From NCBI GenBank assembly GCA_963667845.2, contig CAXXVL010000002.1, positions 2,944,001-3,008,000 of the forward strand: a stretch of 64,000 nucleotides of DNA, written 5' to 3'. How positions within the stretch are numbered: the stretch's first letter is position 1; each line of letters starts with the position of its first letter. The notes under the pieces are model-generated. The model saw nothing but the letters and a program-made list of their open reading frames with translations. It made no database searches and was not told the DNA's origin. The position numbers were made by a program, and so were the translations under genes. Of the stretch, positions 60,648 through 64,000 are shown in pieces. This DNA comes from Smithellaceae bacterium (GTDB taxonomy: Bacteria > Desulfobacterota > Syntrophia > Syntrophales > Smithellaceae).

Positions 60648-61907
60648 ATGTACAAGAAAATCACGTTGCTCGCCATAGCCCTTGCGGTATTTTCAATTTC
60701 CGCAGGAACGCTTTTGGTAACGAGCGCACAGGCGGCCCCGCCGGAAAAAATTAAAGTTGGGCTTATGTTCGGATTGACCGGAGCCGCATCCCCCATCGGA
60801 CCGGTTCAGCTGGACGGCGCCAAATTAGCGATTAAGGAGATCAATGCCGCAGGTGGTGTGAAGTTAGGCGCCAAAAGGGTCCCGATTGAAGTCTTTGTGA
60901 AGGACGATGAATCGAAACCGGATATTGCCATTCGCCGGTACCGGGAAATGGTGGACGAAAATAAAGTCAATGTGATCGTTGGCCAGACTTTCGCTCCCAT
61001 TTCGGCCGCACTCAATAAAGAAATAAAAAAGAGCAATGTTGCCTATTTCCCCGTCAATGTTGTGGCGATCAATATGTTCGACAAGAATGAAATGGCCGAG
61101 ACCACTTTTTCCATTCACGGATGCGCCTATTCTATCGGCTATGCCGGAGCCTCCTACATCGTCGATAAACTGGGTTACAAGAATATCGTTTTCTTCGGAC
61201 CGGCTTATGCTTTCGGTCGCGATCAGTGGGCAGGCGCCAAAGCGGCGTTTGAAAAGAGGGGCGTCAAGGTTGAATATGTGGAATCACCGGTGGGAACCAG
61301 TGATTACACATCCTACCTGACAAAAATCAAAGAGAAAAAACCGCAGATCGTCATGCTGGCCCACTGGGGCGTCGATGCGATTAACGTCTTGAAGCAGACC
61401 TATGAAATCGGCCTGAAAAAAACCTCCAAAATCTGGTTTGACTGGATGACGAATTCCTTCGGCAGCGGCGTGCCGCCGGAAGCCCTGGAAGGCGTTTATT
61501 CGCTGATGTCCTGGTACTACGATATGAAGGGTTTTCAGGATGCGGCCATCGTCAAGGCCTCTGATGCGTTTGCCAAGAAATTTCGCGAAGAATACAAATA
61601 TCCGCCTGATCCTTACTCTGCGATGGCTTACGAAGGCGTCATGGAAGCCGTTCGAGCGATGGAACTTGCCCAGTCTGTCGACGGGAAAGCCATGGCGAAA
61701 GCCTTGATGGCCAATCCGAAATTCAATTCCATGAAAGGCCAGGGCGTCTGGAGAGCCGACCATCAGCCTGTTTTCAAATACGGGGCTTATGTGGTCATCG
61801 GGAAGGGCGCCAATGAACGGAAAGATAAAAAGTGGGATCTGGTCAGGATCATCGGCGCCTATACGGGCGAAGATTATCTCCCGACCTTGTCCTCTCTGGG
61901 ATATTAA
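60648..61907 (+). CDS. ABC transporter substrate-binding protein (Leu/Ile/Val, HAAT family)
   Basis: Signal peptide AQA, IKVG....LTG....G, A.LA..EINAAGG, D.ES.P; AAGGAGGT SD. Confidence 0.9.
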   Translation: MYKKITLLAIALAVFSISAGTLLVTSAQAAPPEKIKVGLMFGLTGAASPIGPVQLDGAKLAIKEINAAGGVKLGAKRVPIEVFVKDDESKPDIAIRRYREMVDENKVNVIVGQTFAPISAALNKEIKKSNVAYFPVNVVAINMFDKNEMAETTFSIHGCAYSIGYAGASYIVDKLGYKNIVFFGPAYAFGRDQWAGAKAAFEKRGVKVEYVESPVGTSDYTSYLTKIKEKKPQIVMLAHWGVDAINVLKQTYEIGLKKTSKIWFDWMTNSFGSGVPPEALEGVYSLMSWYYDMKGFQDAAIVKASDAFAKKFREEYKYPPDPYSAMAYEGVMEAVRAMELAQSVDGKAMAKALMANPKFNSMKGQGVWRADHQPVFKYGAYVVIGKGANERKDKKWDLVRIIGAYTGEDYLPTLSSLGY

Positions 61908-61919
61908 GTGCCGGCCAAA

Positions 61920-61942
61920 GAGGGGCGGAAATTCCGCCCCTC
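61920..61942. other. Strong intergenic hairpin between SBP and ATPase genes (mRNA stabiliser or partial terminator)
   Basis: GAGGGGCGGAA-A-TTCCGCCCCTC. Confidence 0.6.
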
Positions 61943-61957
61943 CAACTGTGGTGAGAT

Positions 61958-62740
61958 ATGACGACACAACAACCGATCATTGAAACAAAAGGGGCGACGA
62001 TAGACTTCAACGGTCTTATCGCGGTCGATTCCGTAAATTTTACGATGAAGGAAGGCGAAGCCATCGGGGTTATCGGACCGAATGGCGCAGGGAAGACAAC
62101 ATTTTTCAACCTGCTCACCGGCCTTTTCTTTCCTACGGATGGGAAGATATTCTTCTTCGGAAAGGATATTACGACGATGCCTCCGCACAAAAGAGTCATG
62201 ATGGGCATTGTCCGGACCTTTCAGCTCGTGTCCGTTTTTGATTCCCTTCCGGTCATTGATAATCTTATTTTATCAACCCATCGGATCAGCGGGAACCACG
62301 AGTCCAAAGGGAAATTCTTCTTCAGTGATGCGCATCATCATCAAATGGAAGCGAACTGCCTGGATGCCCTGAAGTTGATGGGGATTGAAAATAAGGCGGA
62401 TATTATGACGGCCGAACTCTCCTACGGAGATAAACGCAAACTGGAGTTGGCAGTGGCGCTTTCGCTGAATCCGAAAATACTTTTGCTGGACGAACCGTTT
62501 GCCGGACTGAGTGATATGGAGATTTGCGAGGTTTCTCAAATCTTACAGGAAGTGAAAAAAAAGTTCTCCTTTGTGATCATCGAGCACAAGATATCTCATA
62601 TCATCGAACTCGTCCAGCGGCTATGCGTCATGCACGAAGGAAAGCTGATTGCCGAAGGACCGCCGTCCGAGGTGCTGTGTAATGCCCTCGTGCGCGAGGT
62701 GTACTGGGGCAAGGAGGAGGGACTGACATGCTCAGTGTAA
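61958..62740 (+). CDS. livG: HAAT-family ABC ATP-binding protein (LivG-like)
   Basis: GPNGAGKTT.FN, RTFQ, LSYG..R.LE, LLDEP, IEH, V...Y.G. Confidence 0.85.
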   Translation: MTTQQPIIETKGATIDFNGLIAVDSVNFTMKEGEAIGVIGPNGAGKTTFFNLLTGLFFPTDGKIFFFGKDITTMPPHKRVMMGIVRTFQLVSVFDSLPVIDNLILSTHRISGNHESKGKFFFSDAHHHQMEANCLDALKLMGIENKADIMTAELSYGDKRKLELAVALSLNPKILLLDEPFAGLSDMEICEVSQILQEVKKKFSFVIIEHKISHIIELVQRLCVMHEGKLIAEGPPSEVLCNALVREVYWGKEEGLTCSV

Positions 62741-63417
62741 AAAATATCGATGCCTCCTACGGTCATGCCAAAGTGCTTCACGATATATCCATCGAGGTTA
62801 ATTCCGGTGAAATGGTTTTTATCGCGGGGAGAAACGGAGCGGGCAAAACGACTCTGCTGAAATCCATCGCTGGATTCCTCATGCCGTCAACGGGTTCCAT
62901 AACCTTCGACGATCAAGTCATTATGGGACGTCCCGCGGAAAAAATCGCCTTGTCCGGGATCCGTTATGTTTTTCAGGATAAACGGGTGTTCTCGCAGCTG
63001 ACCGTTAAGGAAAATCTGGAAATCGCCGCCTATCCTGTGAAAGTCGGCATCTCCGACGCCATCCAAAAGGTGGTCAGCATTTATCCGAAAATCGAAAAAT
63101 TCCTCAACCTGCATGCGGGGAGCTTAAGCGGCGGCCAGCGGCAAATACTGCTCATCGGCCGGGCGTTGATCGGCGATCCGAAGCTGCTGCTCATCGATGA
63201 GCCGACGGAAGGTCTTGCCGCCGGGACGATCAATGATATTTTGAATGTCCTTTCCACCATGAAAGGGAAGGTGTCCATGCTGATCGTGGAACAGAATCTT
63301 TCCGTCGTGGGAATGCTGGCCGACAAGGTTTATATGATGAAGGAAGGGAAGATCGTTCAGGAGGTGACCGATAAAGCGCAAATGAATGACAAAATAAAAA
63401 TGGAGCAATGTTTATAA
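62728..63417 (+). CDS. livF: HAAT-family ABC ATP-binding protein (LivF-like)
   Basis: GRNGAGKTT, LTV.ENL, LSGGQ.Q, DEP..GL, VEQN. Confidence 0.85.
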   Translation: MLSVKNIDASYGHAKVLHDISIEVNSGEMVFIAGRNGAGKTTLLKSIAGFLMPSTGSITFDDQVIMGRPAEKIALSGIRYVFQDKRVFSQLTVKENLEIAAYPVKVGISDAIQKVVSIYPKIEKFLNLHAGSLSGGQRQILLIGRALIGDPKLLLIDEPTEGLAAGTINDILNVLSTMKGKVSMLIVEQNLSVVGMLADKVYMMKEGKIVQEVTDKAQMNDKIKMEQCL

Positions 63418-63480
63418 ACAAAAAAAACCGGTAAAGAAACAGACCGAACGTCAAGAAAAACTAGACCAGCAAGAAGGAGA

Positions 63481-64000
63481 ATGAATATGAAGGGACAGAA
63501 AAAGCAAAAGATAGAAGCCGCGAAGACAGCCGTCGTATTGATTGAGCCGCAGTATGATTTTCTCAAACCGGGTGGCTCGATGTATCAGTTCATTGAAAAA
63601 CAGCTGGAAGAAAGACATGTCATCCCCAACCTTGTGGATTTTATCGCCAAGGCGAGAAAAAAGGTAAAAAAGATTATCTATGTTCCCTTTGAGGAGTTTG
63701 AACCCGGATTTCCGGAAATCGACAAGAAAGGCCCGGGAATGGGAGGTCTTCGGGGGCTGGAAATCGACATGCCCACGGGATGGCAACTGCACGGGAAACC
63801 CGTTGCCGGCGCATGGGTTAAGGGAACGCTGGGACCGCAGATTATTCCGGAATTGACCCCTGAAAAAGGCGACATCATCGTGCGGGGGAAAAAGACACTT
63901 GATGCCTTCTGGTCTACCGCACTGGATTATACGCTGCGTGTAAACATGATCGAATGGCTGGTCATCGTCGGTTTCCATACCAACTGGTGCGTGGAATCTA
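63481..64000 (+). CDS. Cysteine hydrolase/isochorismatase-family protein (runs off window end)
   Basis: Manual translation MNMKGQKKQKIEAAKTAVVLIEPQYDFLKPGG...GDIIVRGKKTLDAFWSTALDYTLR...VGFHTNWCVES; AGGAG SD. Confidence 0.88.
   Translation, partial: MNMKGQKKQKIEAAKTAVVLIEPQYDFLKPGGSMYQFIEKQLEERHVIPNLVDFIAKARKKVKKIIYVPFEEFEPGFPEIDKKGPGMGGLRGLEIDMPTGWQLHGKPVAGAWVKGTLGPQIIPELTPEKGDIIVRGKKTLDAFWSTALDYTLRVNMIEWLVIVGFHTNWCVES

Overview
Mostly core chromosome of an anaerobic deltaproteobacterium. Desulfobacterota, probably Syntrophales-like, is an inference from gene families and order (spd-type EF-G, Cys/His-LID Adk, delta-60 repeats, PTS IIA-C cluster). The window holds about 60 CDS and one tRNA-Pro(UGG). 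Housekeeping blocks: partial ligA, mog, two EF-G paralogues, recC-recB/recD, PTS IIA/B/C-rimI-pyrK-pyrD, hemW-lepA-adk, cmk-rpsA-sppA-ihfB, psd-pssA-rsmD-coaD-aspC-purF, ispG-proS-rel, amidase-rph-rdgB-tRNA. Accessory patches lie at ~12.6-19.6 kb, 26.6-29.0 kb and after the tRNA. I saw no CRISPR array, rRNA, transposase or integrase. Best leads: (1) a 94-aa stand-alone RpoD-like sigma region 4.2 protein with a five-cysteine N-terminus, just downstream of a glutaredoxin/ferredoxin:thioredoxin-reductase pair; (2) a ~440-nt structured fusA leader with an attenuator-like terminator and an 81-bp palindromic tandem repeat; (3) a GNAT-like gene pair without its usual GH3 partner; (4) a transglutaminase-like/ABC-exporter operon; (5) a probably leaderless GntR gene with operator-like repeats. 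All calls come from reading motifs by eye; no database searches were run.
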